This document shows, piece after piece, positions 36,430 through 46,460 of a DNA stretch of 64,000 nucleotides. Below the pieces are notes generated by a model. That model was not told where the DNA came from. It worked only from the letters and a program-made list of their open reading frames with translations, and made no database searches. The stretch lies in the IMG/VR virus record IMGVR_UViG_3300043411_001118, positions 39,808 through 103,807 of that record; one strand, written 5' to 3'. The DNA comes from a virus. A program made the position numbers and the translations under genes. Each line of letters starts with the position of its first letter. Within the stretch, counting starts at the first letter, position 1.

Positions 36430-36594
36430 TTACCATCTTACATTTGGTTTTGGAGCAACGCCAAGAAAAATCAAAATTACAATCAATACAAACGGAATTA
36501 AAATCGGACTAATGACCCAAAACCAACTCCATGCAATGATTCCACCAAGTTTTAGCCCAATAAACAACACAGTTAATGCACCAACAAAGTTCAT
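36430..36594 (-). CDS. Small two-TM membrane protein (54 aa, not in ORF track)
   Basis: MNFVGALTVLFIGLKLGGIIAWSWFWVISP...; GGAG RBS. Confidence 0.7.
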   Translation of the reverse strand: MNFVGALTVLFIGLKLGGIIAWSWFWVISPILIPFVLIVILIFLGVAPKPNVRW

Positions 36595-36611
36595 CCTATT
36601 CTCCTTTAAAG

Positions 36612-38738
36612 TTAATCAAACACCGAAAAATTGCCATCCTTCCTAAATTTTAGAGTCCTTTCAAACCTCTCCGCAATGCTATTTTTATGGGAGATTACCA
36701 CGATATTGCTATCCGTAAAGACCTCCGTATCCAAGAGCTTCAACACGTTCTCTGTTGTCTCGACATCCAAGTACGAGTCGAAGATCTCATCCATAACAAG
36801 TAGGTTTGTGTTAAGAGAATTCTTTAACTTAGCAATCGCCCTCCAAGTGAATAACAATGCCAAATTGATCCGCTGCCTCTCCCCCTCAGAAAAGTTTGCA
36901 TAAGAAAATGTATCCCGCCCCCTCGACAGAATCGACTCTTTAAACTCTTCATCGATAGTGAATGTCACATAGAAATCCATCGAAGTTAGGTACTGGTTGA
37001 TGTAGTGATTGATGATCGGAAGGTACTGTCTCATGATGTTGACTTTCACACCACTATCTTTCAGCATCTCCGCAATGATTTGATAGTTATTTTTATTCTG
37101 GTATTCCTCCGATAAAACCTCTTTACATTTTTCACTTTCTGATTTGAGTCTAGAGATTTCTAGTTCAGTTTCAGTCGTTTTTGGTTTTGGGATTTTTAGT
37201 TTTTGTAAGCTGACATTATGAGTTTCTAACAATCTATCCAATCCAAGGATTTCGGTTTCAGCCCCTTTAATTGACAAGGATGTTTTATTCACCACATCCA
37301 TTGCATCCTGAATTTTTCCATGAACCTCCGCATATGAATCCTTTTGTGAATTCAAAGCAGAAATTTGTTTTTGAATTTCGGCCTTATTAACCTCATATGA
37401 TTTTTCGATTACAACGGCCTTCGATCCTATGTCAGAAATTACAATAGCTGACTCTGCATTTATTTTCTCTAAGGTTTTTGTCAGTGCATCCTTTTCTGCC
37501 TCAGCCAGTTTAAGATGAGATGCAGTTAATTCATCAATTTTACTAGTGGCCGAAGATTTTATGTTTGATATTTCAGAATCAATCTCAGTACATCTCAACT
37601 CAAACTTTGTAATTTCATCGAGTTTAAACTGAGCATCAATTGTTTGTTGACACGATGGGCAAAGATCATTTGCCTTGTAGAACGAGATTTTCTTCTCTAA
37701 CCCAGATTTCTCTGATAGAAGAATCGTTACTTGTCCAGTACACCCACTTTCTAAGGTGAATATTTCCCGATCTGTTGAAGTCTTATGATCTTTAACTCTT
37801 GTAATGGACTCAGAATTGAGTGTTCGAATGGTCTCTTCCATTCCCTTCAGGTGTGTTTGCAATTGAGACTTCAGCCCATTGATTTCACTTTCCTTAGCCG
37901 AACTCAGTTTTCGTTCAGCATCCAAGCAATCATTAATCTTCTGAATGATCTCAGCTTCCCCGACCAACCCCAATTTAATCTCTGCTAGCTTCTCCCTATT
38001 AGCTAAAAGCTGCTGATTCAGTCCCTCCCCATATTTTTGTATAATAACTTTCTCTTCTTGGACAGCCGCAATAGCTAGCTCTAATTTAGTGATTTGAGAT
38101 TGATTATCTTCTTTAAGCGTTTGAAGATGTCGTTCATTCAGGACGATTTTTTCTGTAATGACATTTCCCTCATGAACCTTTTCTAAGATTTTGGCCTCAG
38201 TATTTTTTAATCTTTCCTTTAGGATGATCGTCATGTACGAGAACACCTCGATCCCCAAAAGTTCTTCAATAATTTTTCTACGATCCCCCGCCGGAAGCTG
38301 CATGAACGGAGTAAAATTGGCAGCGCCCAAGAGAACAATCTGAATGAAGGATTTGAAATTGCACTTCAGAATTTGATCTTCTAAGTATGCTTGATAGTCC
38401 AAGGATTTTGCATCCTGGTTCAATAGCTCCCCATCCTTCATAATCTCAAACACATTGGGCTTGATTCCGCGCCGAATCAAATATTCTCTAGTACCAATCG
38501 AGAATTCGATTTCAACTAAACATTCTTTTGAATTAATAGAATTGATGACTTGGTTTTTGTTAACATCTCGAAATGGACGATTGTATAATCCAAACGAAAT
38601 CGCATCGAGTAATGTAGATTTTCCACTACCAGATTCGCCAATTAGGATACTTGTTTTGTGCTTATCCAGGACGATTTCTGTGAAATTATTTCCAGTTGAA
38701 AGGAAATTTTTGTATCTAATCGTTTTGAATTTTATCAT
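36612..38738 (-). CDS. gp46: SbcC/Rad50-like recombination ATPase
   Basis: GESGSGKS, CPSC zinc hook, FSEGE, MDEIFD, ISH. Confidence 0.95.
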   Translation of the reverse strand: MIKFKTIRYKNFLSTGNNFTEIVLDKHKTSILIGESGSGKSTLLDAISFGLYNRPFRDVNKNQVINSINSKECLVEIEFSIGTREYLIRRGIKPNVFEIMKDGELLNQDAKSLDYQAYLEDQILKCNFKSFIQIVLLGAANFTPFMQLPAGDRRKIIEELLGIEVFSYMTIILKERLKNTEAKILEKVHEGNVITEKIVLNERHLQTLKEDNQSQITKLELAIAAVQEEKVIIQKYGEGLNQQLLANREKLAEIKLGLVGEAEIIQKINDCLDAERKLSSAKESEINGLKSQLQTHLKGMEETIRTLNSESITRVKDHKTSTDREIFTLESGCTGQVTILLSEKSGLEKKISFYKANDLCPSCQQTIDAQFKLDEITKFELRCTEIDSEISNIKSSATSKIDELTASHLKLAEAEKDALTKTLEKINAESAIVISDIGSKAVVIEKSYEVNKAEIQKQISALNSQKDSYAEVHGKIQDAMDVVNKTSLSIKGAETEILGLDRLLETHNVSLQKLKIPKPKTTETELEISRLKSESEKCKEVLSEEYQNKNNYQIIAEMLKDSGVKVNIMRQYLPIINHYINQYLTSMDFYVTFTIDEEFKESILSRGRDTFSYANFSEGERQRINLALLFTWRAIAKLKNSLNTNLLVMDEIFDSYLDVETTENVLKLLDTEVFTDSNIVVISHKNSIAERFERTLKFRKDGNFSVFD

Positions 38739-39291
38739 TTTCTTCCCCGCCGTCTATCACAAAATCTTGTTTATTATCCATGATCATTTTGATTTCGTCA
38801 AAGTGGATAGGCTGTGATTTCACATCGACCCCGACATCATACATTTTTCCATGCGATACACTGAGCCTCCCGTGGCAATGCCCATGAATATGCCAAGCAC
38901 CATAGAACTTTTTATTCCACGACATAATTGGATAGTGACACAAGGCAATGCTCGTTTCTCCAATATTGATATTAGCTATATCTTTCATCCACTGAATCTT
39001 CGATTTCTTAACTGTCTCCGGAAATTTCTTAAGAACAGTTTCTAAAGACCTATCGTGATTTCCTCGAATCAGATATTTGACCCCACGAAGTCTAGACAAA
39101 TATTCCTTGGTTTTATTCGGATTAGCCAAACAGAAGTCTCCAAGAAAATAGACTCGATCATTGTCCTGAATCATAGAATTCCAGTTATCACAAATCCATG
39201 CATCATGTTCTGCTAGTTCGGTATACCCGCGCAATCTGGCAACATACGAATGATGAAGATGTGTATCTCCCCAGAACCAAATGTTACTCAT
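38716..39291 (-). CDS. Calcineurin-like metallophosphoesterase
   Basis: GDTH, LGD, GNHD, CHYP, HGHCH. Confidence 0.88.
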   Translation of the reverse strand: MSNIWFWGDTHLHHSYVARLRGYTELAEHDAWICDNWNSMIQDNDRVYFLGDFCLANPNKTKEYLSRLRGVKYLIRGNHDRSLETVLKKFPETVKKSKIQWMKDIANINIGETSIALCHYPIMSWNKKFYGAWHIHGHCHGRLSVSHGKMYDVGVDVKSQPIHFDEIKMIMDNKQDFVIDGGEENDKIQND

Positions 39292-39607
39292 TCAACAACG
39301 AAATTATTTTGAATAAAACGGCTTCAGCAACCTCTATACTACCAGTAATGTACATAATTATGTCGCCCCTAGAATAGAGACTACATGAGCCACTATAATA
39401 ATCTGTTACTTTCAAATGCAAAAACACATCATTCTTTCGTAAAAATGCGTTTGTTGTGTAATTGTCGGATTTCAAAATAATATACTCACCAACCCTGGAA
39501 ACTCTATTCAAAGCCTTTTCTATTTGAACTTCTATCGGAATCACAATTTCTGGTTCGTCAACCTCTTCAATTTTCTCGATGACAACTTTTTTCTTAAATG
39601 GCCACAT
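39284..39607 (-). CDS. Hypothetical protein
   Basis: 107-aa packed ORF. Confidence 0.6.
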   Translation of the reverse strand: MWPFKKKVVIEKIEEVDEPEIVIPIEVQIEKALNRVSRVGEYIILKSDNYTTNAFLRKNDVFLHLKVTDYYSGSCSLYSRGDIIMYITGSIEVAEAVLFKIISLLNE

Positions 39608-39609
39608 AA

Positions 39610-39864
39610 CTATCCTATCTTATCTGGTTCTGATTCATCTTCATCGGGATCTCTGCGCCTATCGAAGTAAAAATCGATTGCAGCCAATTTTATTTTGTTA
39701 ATATCTTCCCCCGCCTCAAACATCTCGTAACAACTTTCCACTAAGTCAACGATGTCCCGAAGAGACAACAATTCTGGTTTCGAAACCGGAACCAACGAAT
39801 TTGATTCGATCACAACCGGTTTTGATGGATCTTCGAAATCGACCCAGATCATTCTGCCACTCAT
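39610..39864 (-). CDS. Hypothetical acidic protein
   Basis: 84-aa ORF with GGAG RBS. Confidence 0.6.
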   Translation of the reverse strand: MSGRMIWVDFEDPSKPVVIESNSLVPVSKPELLSLRDIVDLVESCYEMFEAGEDINKIKLAAIDFYFDRRRDPDEDESEPDKIG

Positions 39865-39865
39865 A

Positions 39866-40018
39866 TCACTCCTTTCTAAAATGTAAAAACAATAAAACCA
39901 CCAAAAATATTATTGGACTCATTGCCAGCGGGAATATCGTCCAAAATAAACTAAAATCGAATACTCCACATAACTGAAGTATCAATAATATCACGGTAGA
40001 TATTAGCAACCAAATCAT
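39866..40018 (-). CDS. Small two-TM membrane protein (50 aa, not in ORF track)
   Basis: MIWLLISTVILLILQLCGVFDFSLFWTIFP...; ATGA overlap with ligase. Confidence 0.6.
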   Translation of the reverse strand: MIWLLISTVILLILQLCGVFDFSLFWTIFPLAMSPIIFLVVLLFLHFRKE

Positions 40019-40899
40019 ATATCAAGAACGCTCCTAAATCCCTTGAACACAGGGAATCTCGGAACATCCTCTTTTTGTCCGAATGGTTGAAATTTATACG
40101 TTAAATGTTGACCCATATATTTGTCTTGGTTTTCCCAAATCTGCTTTCGGTTTTTATCGTCGAACCCAGATCCGACCCCAAACTCCACACCAGTTTTTAT
40201 GTCCCGAACAAGAATCGTCCCTAGTGTACCCGCACCAACCAAGCCTTCTTTTTTAGAAGATCGTTTAGACAAACCTAGTTCACTTGTTACCTTTTCGTTG
40301 GTATTGTGCATCTTTTCTTCATAGCCAATAACAACAGCTTCAGCATCTTCAAACTGTTTAATCTTCAGAAGAATACCCTCGTTTAGTGTTGAACGACCAC
40401 ACTTATACTTCCCCTCTGGATTACGAATCATTACACCCTCATATCCCTTAGTGAGACATTCAGCCTCATATTCGAGTAACTGATCAACAGTACGAATTAT
40501 GACTGGCACCAAGGCAGTAACAATTTGGGATGGATGATCGATTGACCAAACCTTTAGATCTTTTACTCGGTCTACATAAGGACGATTGAGATCCCCAAGA
40601 ACTAAATCAAATGCATGATAATGAAACACTGGCTCTCCATCAAAGGACATAACCTTCGATTGAACAGCATTAAATGGTTCTCCTGGAATCATAATCTCGC
40701 CATCAATACCATCTGGAAGAATTTTTTCGAGCATCGTTCGAATATGTACGTTTGGAATTTCTTTGAATGTTCGAGTCTTAGTCTTTCCTCCCAATTTAAG
40801 GCAACGGATTCCATCCAATTTTGGAGTGGCCAAAACCGGATATTTGACTTGAGTTAAATCTTTAGCAGCAACAGCGAGAAGTGGTCTGGTGATTAACAT
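40015..40899 (-). CDS. Minimal ATP-dependent DNA ligase
   Basis: TPKLDGIR, DGEI, EGVMIR, LLKIK, PRFPVF. Confidence 0.93.
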   Translation of the reverse strand: MLITRPLLAVAAKDLTQVKYPVLATPKLDGIRCLKLGGKTKTRTFKEIPNVHIRTMLEKILPDGIDGEIMIPGEPFNAVQSKVMSFDGEPVFHYHAFDLVLGDLNRPYVDRVKDLKVWSIDHPSQIVTALVPVIIRTVDQLLEYEAECLTKGYEGVMIRNPEGKYKCGRSTLNEGILLKIKQFEDAEAVVIGYEEKMHNTNEKVTSELGLSKRSSKKEGLVGAGTLGTILVRDIKTGVEFGVGSGFDDKNRKQIWENQDKYMGQHLTYKFQPFGQKEDVPRFPVFKGFRSVLDI

Positions 40900-41328
40900 T
40901 TATGCAACCTTTTTAAATAGAGTTTTTTCCATCATCTTTACTTCAACAGCATCAATAATTTCGCAGATTTTTGTAAGTTTCTGAAAGCTCAAACTAGAAT
41001 TTAAATATTCAGAAAAATCTTTTCTATCATCAACAAATGCCGTTAATTGATTCCAGGTAATATCAACATGGCTTTGAAAAGTTAGCAACTTATATTGACA
41101 GAAATCATCAAGAAATTTGAATTCGGCTTCTTGAGAAAATATGCCAATGTCCCTGGTAGAAACCACATAAGTTCGATCTTTTATTTCTCGATATAAGTCA
41201 TTTTGTTCAAACCAATAAATAGATATTGGCTTCTTTTTATTATCTAATGCAACCAGTTTTAATAGTGGATATCTTCTCATCTGAGTAAGCGCAAACCAAA
41301 TAAATTCAGACGAATCTTTCATAATCAA
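40900..41328 (-). CDS. Hypothetical protein
   Basis: 142-aa packed ORF. Confidence 0.6.
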   Translation of the reverse strand: MIMKDSSEFIWFALTQMRRYPLLKLVALDNKKKPISIYWFEQNDLYREIKDRTYVVSTRDIGIFSQEAEFKFLDDFCQYKLLTFQSHVDITWNQLTAFVDDRKDFSEYLNSSLSFQKLTKICEIIDAVEVKMMEKTLFKKVA

Positions 41329-41341
41329 ACCATTGCTAAAA

Positions 41342-42391
41342 TTAAGAACCCGATCTCATTTGTTCAATTGCCCCGATGTAGAGATCGTGAAAAATTTCTT
41401 TTATTTCTGTCTTCTTTTCAATTCCAGCATTATCAACATAATCATAGATAATTTGCAATGTATCTTTTGCATCGATTGGCGCTTCTGGATCATTTCCAGA
41501 ATTAATTTCATCTAAAAATGATTCTACAACCGCGATAGAAATTGGATTTGATTGATTAATTCCAATCATAAATTTTTCGAACCTTGCTGCATCATTTTTT
41601 TCAATCACAGCAACCTTAACAAACTTATCCACAACCCTAGTAGTATCAAATTCAAGAGAATCGGTATAATCGACCCGCATAAAAATTGATTCGGGATTCT
41701 CGACAAACTCTAGTTCTCCGGTATTCAAATCAAAAATATTGAAGCCGCGAAGATCCCCATAGTCTCCCCAATCCATCGGATATGGGGAACCCAAATAAAC
41801 AATTTTACCGTTAGTTGATCGGCAATGAAAGTGTCCGGTCAATACCCTCTTAAACCTATCGAAGATTTTTGGATCTAGACCATGCTGAGATTCAATACCA
41901 GAATTCATCTTGAATCCCTGAACCTCAAGATGACCCATGACAAATTTAGCATTAGTGCTTTGGATTAAATCCATCGATTGCTTTTGATTCTCTGGAGAAA
42001 TCCAGGGAAGGAACAACACATCATTTTCTGGGAAGTTCATCACCACCGGATCGATGTGAATCTCGGCCCATGTGTAACCATAAAGCAACTCGTAAAGTGA
42101 ATTAATTTTGTTAGTGTTTTTGTAATAACAATCGTGATTCCCGACCAAGATCTGAAACTTATAATTTTTGAGCCTGTCAAAAACCCTTCCGCGCCAAGAA
42201 TTCAATACATCAAAATCGATGTATTCGCGCCGGTCAAACAAATCTCCCAAATGGATGATGTGCTTGATGCCCCGCTTTTCGATCTCAGGGAAAAATGTAT
42301 TTTCCATGAACCTTAAAAAGTATTCATTCAAATTTCGATCAAACGCTTTTTTCCCGATATGTGTATCTGTTATAATTGCTACTTTACTCAT
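41342..42391 (-). CDS. gp47: SbcD/Mre11-like nuclease
   Basis: TDTH, LGDLFD, GNHD, GHFH. Confidence 0.95.
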   Translation of the reverse strand: MSKVAIITDTHIGKKAFDRNLNEYFLRFMENTFFPEIEKRGIKHIIHLGDLFDRREYIDFDVLNSWRGRVFDRLKNYKFQILVGNHDCYYKNTNKINSLYELLYGYTWAEIHIDPVVMNFPENDVLFLPWISPENQKQSMDLIQSTNAKFVMGHLEVQGFKMNSGIESQHGLDPKIFDRFKRVLTGHFHCRSTNGKIVYLGSPYPMDWGDYGDLRGFNIFDLNTGELEFVENPESIFMRVDYTDSLEFDTTRVVDKFVKVAVIEKNDAARFEKFMIGINQSNPISIAVVESFLDEINSGNDPEAPIDAKDTLQIIYDYVDNAGIEKKTEIKEIFHDLYIGAIEQMRSGS

Positions 42392-42599
42392 CGTCTCCCC
42401 ACCAAGGATATTTTGTCGGTTTTTCTTTGCCTAATCTTTCTTCAATTCGAACAGCTTGCTCATCTAATTTTTCTAACCATTCGTTCGAACGAGTCGTAAT
42501 ACAATCACCTTGGAACTCTTCAATCCAAGATTCTTCATCACAGTTCGAGCAAATGCCCTTGGATACTCTACATCCACAATCTTCACAAGTTTTACTCAT
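42384..42599 (-). CDS. Small Cys4 zinc-finger protein
   Basis: CEDC ... CSNC. Confidence 0.6.
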   Translation of the reverse strand: MSKTCEDCGCRVSKGICSNCDEESWIEEFQGDCITTRSNEWLEKLDEQAVRIEERLGKEKPTKYPWWGDDE

Positions 42600-42613
42600 G
42601 ACAAAATCCGAAA

Positions 42614-43123
42614 TTATTTTTTGTTGCGCTCTTTCTCTTGTGCGCGTTTCTTCTTGCGCTCTTTCTTTTCACGATATTCATCAATGAACTCAAGCATCGA
42701 CTGGTGATAGTCCGGACTAATTGATGTTGAACCAGGAATTTGCAATTCGATTGCGTCAACTGTTTCGCTATAGGCCATACATTTTGCATAATGAAGATTT
42801 TCTTCCTGTTCGATCTTCCTTAGAAAAGCATACCAAATGATTTGCGTAAAGTATGAAAATGGATTTTTCGATTTTCGTGGGTTAAATTTCCGAACCGCCT
42901 TCAAGCAATTCTCAATCGCATCCCCGACCATTTCTTCGCGGTAGGTGTAGTTTGCAAAGTTCGGTCTCCGAGAGACCCCATCTGCAATTTTCATAAAGCA
43001 TTCCCCGATAAACTCAGGAACCCTGAGTGGTTCAGCTTTATTTTTATTCTTTTTAAATTCTTTTCTGTACTCTAAAATTGCCTTCAAAAATGCCACATTA
43101 TCAACGTAGTGTTGATTATCCAA
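42614..43123 (-). CDS. gp55: Late-transcription sigma factor
   Basis: HYVDN, GECF.KIA, NF.NYTYREEM, NPFSYFTQI. Confidence 0.95.
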   Translation of the reverse strand: MDNQHYVDNVAFLKAILEYRKEFKKNKNKAEPLRVPEFIGECFMKIADGVSRRPNFANYTYREEMVGDAIENCLKAVRKFNPRKSKNPFSYFTQIIWYAFLRKIEQEENLHYAKCMAYSETVDAIELQIPGSTSISPDYHQSMLEFIDEYREKKERKKKRAQEKERNKK

Positions 43124-43196
43124 TCAGATTCTCTTAACCTAAAATAACATCATTATATCCTCCAAAACAGGCAATAAAAATTAACACAATTAATAT

Positions 43197-43225
43197 ATGA
43201 TTACACAAGGAACAAAAATTGTCAA
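43197..43225 (-). promoter_or_regulatory. Sigma70-type promoter upstream of gp55
   Basis: TTGACA-N17-AATCAT with TG extension. Confidence 0.5.
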
Positions 43226-43227
43226 TA

Positions 43228-43806
43228 TTATACCAAACGGTTCAAACTACTGGTAGGAGATTTAAGAACCTTCTTATATTCTGCAAGAAAGTCTTCCTCT
43301 GAGAGAATTTTAAATGTTGGATTGATTAGAGAGATTAATTTGTATAGAGATTTAGGACCGCCCACTATAACCAGCTTAGAACAGCGAATCTCCTGATCCT
43401 CGCACACGTCCATACAAAACCTTCGCTTTTGGTAGTATTGGGCTGTGGACTCTTCTACAAGGCATTTTAAAATGCTGGATCTATCCCTCGCGTTCAAAGA
43501 ACTAATCGTTTTCATTAGCTGAGTGTAGGATTCTTTATTTTTAAATTCGTGTTGGAGATTTATGGGATGATACTCCAGGACGATGGAGTGTTCTGGTAGG
43601 AAAAAGTCGCAAAGCTTCTTATTTCCTATACTTCTCTGAAACGTTACTCCGGATATTAGCTTAAGGTTAAGATACTTCATGAGCATGTACGCACATGTAG
43701 CCTCTGACTTAGATTCAAATTTAATTTTATTACTGAATGAAATAGTTCTGAGATCAGAAGAGAAAAATTGATCTGGAAACCGGTCTGAAATAACTAATTC
43801 TTTCAT
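43228..43806 (-). CDS. Putative PD-(D/E)xK nuclease-fold protein
   Basis: SKSE ... CDFFL....VLEYH pattern. Confidence 0.45.
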   Translation of the reverse strand: MKELVISDRFPDQFFSSDLRTISFSNKIKFESKSEATCAYMLMKYLNLKLISGVTFQRSIGNKKLCDFFLPEHSIVLEYHPINLQHEFKNKESYTQLMKTISSLNARDRSSILKCLVEESTAQYYQKRRFCMDVCEDQEIRCSKLVIVGGPKSLYKLISLINPTFKILSEEDFLAEYKKVLKSPTSSLNRLV

Positions 43807-43811
43807 TCCTC

Positions 43812-44430
43812 TATTTACTAATTCAGAACTTTAGATCGATAAAAATTTTTCCTATTTGGATCAATCTCGTCGTACCGACCTGATGGATCAAAAACCATCA
43901 AAATTTTTTTCTTATATTGATCAATTTGGTCGGAACGACCGATCTTGATCCTTTCTTTGTTTTCTGAACATCTGTTCTTCCAATCACTCTTTCATTCTTA
44001 GAGTGTAAACTCAACTTCCTGTTGAGTGCGAATCGTTTACGATTCGCTTGTTATGTTTTCTAATGTAATTCTAAGATCTAAGATCTTTGTCGTACCGACA
44101 AATTTTAACATTCCTTTTAACTGTAGATTAACTAGATCCTTTTTTGTCGTTCCGACCACACTCAACATTCTCTTCATAATTTCCAAATCAATTATTTCAA
44201 ACTCGTTACACTCGTTTGACTGACTCGCTTTGCTCGTCAGACTTCATTTCTTAGTTTACTAATGAACAGAAGAAAAATTTTCAATTGATTATTTTTAACA
44301 TTTGTTCAACAATAATGAACATAAGATCAAAATGAACATAATGAATTATTTCTTTTTCTTGGTTTTTAAGGGATGAGGATTCTTAAGGAGAAGGGATTTC
44401 GTCAATCCTGTCAAGTGTGATTTTTTAGAA
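43812..44430. other. Structured non-coding region, candidate replication origin/regulatory locus
   Basis: Four GTCG-N3-CGAC palindromes, three adjacent hairpins, clustered GATC sites, AT-rich tract. Confidence 0.55.
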
Positions 44431-44438
44431 CACCATTT

Positions 44439-44972
44439 TTAATTAATCACTTTTCTTTCTAATTTTGTAAGGAGATCAATCAGTTGTTCGCTATTTTTAT
44501 CACTTAACTGATCATTAATATTTATTTTTTCTGACCCAGGTTTTTCTTCGTTTTTTTCAGTTTTTGAAAAATCGGCGACATGATTTTTTGATGAATTTGG
44601 ATCTTCATTTTTAGAAAATTCTTCGGATTCTTCCCACATCAACTCTCTTTTTGAGAGGGAAAATAGTCTTTCCGAGTATGCGGAAAGTACGCTTTCATCT
44701 GGTTTTGTTACCAACATGATCAAGTTTTTTGGTAGGTATGCTGGAGTTTCTTTCGAAAATGGAAGCCAATCTGTCAGGTATAATCGATAATTAATTCCAG
44801 TATCGAACGTTGGAGAAACTACAAGTTTTGATGGATTATTGAGAAAAACTACATCGGTCCAGGATTGTTCGTCATCTTCCATGACCTTTCCATCAACACA
44901 TTCAGAGATTAAAAATTCTCCGTTAGTCAAACACAAAATTAATATCGAGATGTCTTTATCTTTGTGAAGCAC
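44439..44972 (-). CDS. Conserved hypothetical protein downstream of uvsW
   Basis: L.NGE.LI ... WLPFS pattern; synteny. Confidence 0.65.
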   Translation of the reverse strand: MLHKDKDISILILCLTNGEFLISECVDGKVMEDDEQSWTDVVFLNNPSKLVVSPTFDTGINYRLYLTDWLPFSKETPAYLPKNLIMLVTKPDESVLSAYSERLFSLSKRELMWEESEEFSKNEDPNSSKNHVADFSKTEKNEEKPGSEKININDQLSDKNSEQLIDLLTKLERKVIN

Positions 44973-44990
44973 ACTGATATTTATGTGTTC

Positions 44991-46460
44991 TCAGAAGCTC
45001 ATTTGATGAAATTTGTAGGGATATCCCTTTTTGTCATATACTGCACATCGGTTTTGGAACTGAGAAATCATATAATTTTTCTTGGATTTTGTACCAAAGT
45101 CGTCCACGATATCATCTACACGAACTTCACTGGTTGCAGATCCTTTCCTCATGATTCTTCCTATGATCTGAATTACCCTTTCCTCAGCCTTACATGGTGA
45201 AGCCATGATCAAATAATACAAATTCTTGATATTCTCCCCTTCAGTAAAAACTCCATATGAGGCAATTAAAATCGAGTCCTTTTCGATTTCCAATCTTTCT
45301 TTGATCTCTTCGCGCCTGTCCATCGATATCGATCCATCGATGTAATAAACTTTTCGATTCTCTCCTGCGCGAATCTGTATCAATCGATAAAGTTCTTGAC
45401 CATGATCAATTTCATTGAAGATGACCAGACTGTTCATGGACTTCGAACAAGCGATTTCAGAAATCAGATCATTTCTTTTTGGAAGGTTTGTGATGTACTC
45501 CATTTGACCGCGATACTGTTTTGGAACATGCCTTCGATCAATCGGCCCATACTTTAGAATGATGGCATTGATTTTAACGCTCGAAATGATCTGTCTCTGC
45601 ATCAGGTCTTGAGAAGAGACTATGGTTTGGATTGGTCCAAAAATTCCACCCAATACGAGATTGTTAGCTGTGGTGTCTTTCAGACTCCCCGAAACCCCAA
45701 TTCGAAATTTTGCGTTTACTAGGTTGTCTGATATCTTGGTTAAGCACTTTGCTTTATATCGATGCGCCTCATCTCCCAAGTAAACTAGAAATTGAGTGAA
45801 CCAAGGTTTTGGTAATTCGTGAATAGATTGGTATGTAGAAATTACTATTCGCTTGGTGATTTCCTTGGATTCACCTCCAGTGATCATTTGACATTGTTCT
45901 GTTGCATTGAATGATGGATCGTTTTTTGCATATCCACCAAACTCTTTATACAATTGTCGCACTAGATTGATTCGATGTACTGTTAGAATTATTTTTTCAT
46001 CCTTGAGATATCTGATCAAAGCATATAACAACAGACTCTTTCCGCTTGATGTCGGAAGTTCCATGGTTGCTCTACGATCATTTAACGCAATGACGGTTGC
46101 ATCAATTTGAAAATCGTGTGGTTCGAAGTCTAGTTTGAATGACTTATACAGTTCTACAATTTCATCCCTAGTAACAAGCGGTTCAGGAACAAAATTATCC
46201 CCGGCCTGAACTAAGATTTTTATGTTCCGATCCTCACAGAATTTTTTAAACTGTGGATATAACCCCCGGTATAATTTTGGAACCATGGGGTTGAACAGCC
46301 GGATTTTTCCATCCCAATTACCATCGATGAAGTCAGGCATCCTTTGGTAGTTTTCGGGATAGAACGAGAAGTGGTCCTGTAAACTATAGGCAATATCTAT
46401 TTCGCACTGGATGCGAAAATGCACCTCGTTTAGAATGCGGATCATTACATAGTCAGACAT
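44991..46460 (-). CDS. uvsW: SF2 DNA helicase
   Basis: PTSSGKS, STYQS, DEAH, QIIGR. Confidence 0.95.
   Translation of the reverse strand: MSDYVMIRILNEVHFRIQCEIDIAYSLQDHFSFYPENYQRMPDFIDGNWDGKIRLFNPMVPKLYRGLYPQFKKFCEDRNIKILVQAGDNFVPEPLVTRDEIVELYKSFKLDFEPHDFQIDATVIALNDRRATMELPTSSGKSLLLYALIRYLKDEKIILTVHRINLVRQLYKEFGGYAKNDPSFNATEQCQMITGGESKEITKRIVISTYQSIHELPKPWFTQFLVYLGDEAHRYKAKCLTKISDNLVNAKFRIGVSGSLKDTTANNLVLGGIFGPIQTIVSSQDLMQRQIISSVKINAIILKYGPIDRRHVPKQYRGQMEYITNLPKRNDLISEIACSKSMNSLVIFNEIDHGQELYRLIQIRAGENRKVYYIDGSISMDRREEIKERLEIEKDSILIASYGVFTEGENIKNLYYLIMASPCKAEERVIQIIGRIMRKGSATSEVRVDDIVDDFGTKSKKNYMISQFQNRCAVYDKKGYPYKFHQMSF

Noticed and set aside
43830-44160. Palindromic repeats as a mini-CRISPR array
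   Set aside because: Only 11 bp conserved, mixed orientation, irregular spacing, no cas genes
44026-44223. 65-aa plus-strand ORF in the non-coding region
   Set aside because: No RBS, overlaps palindromes and hairpins, no recognisable protein features
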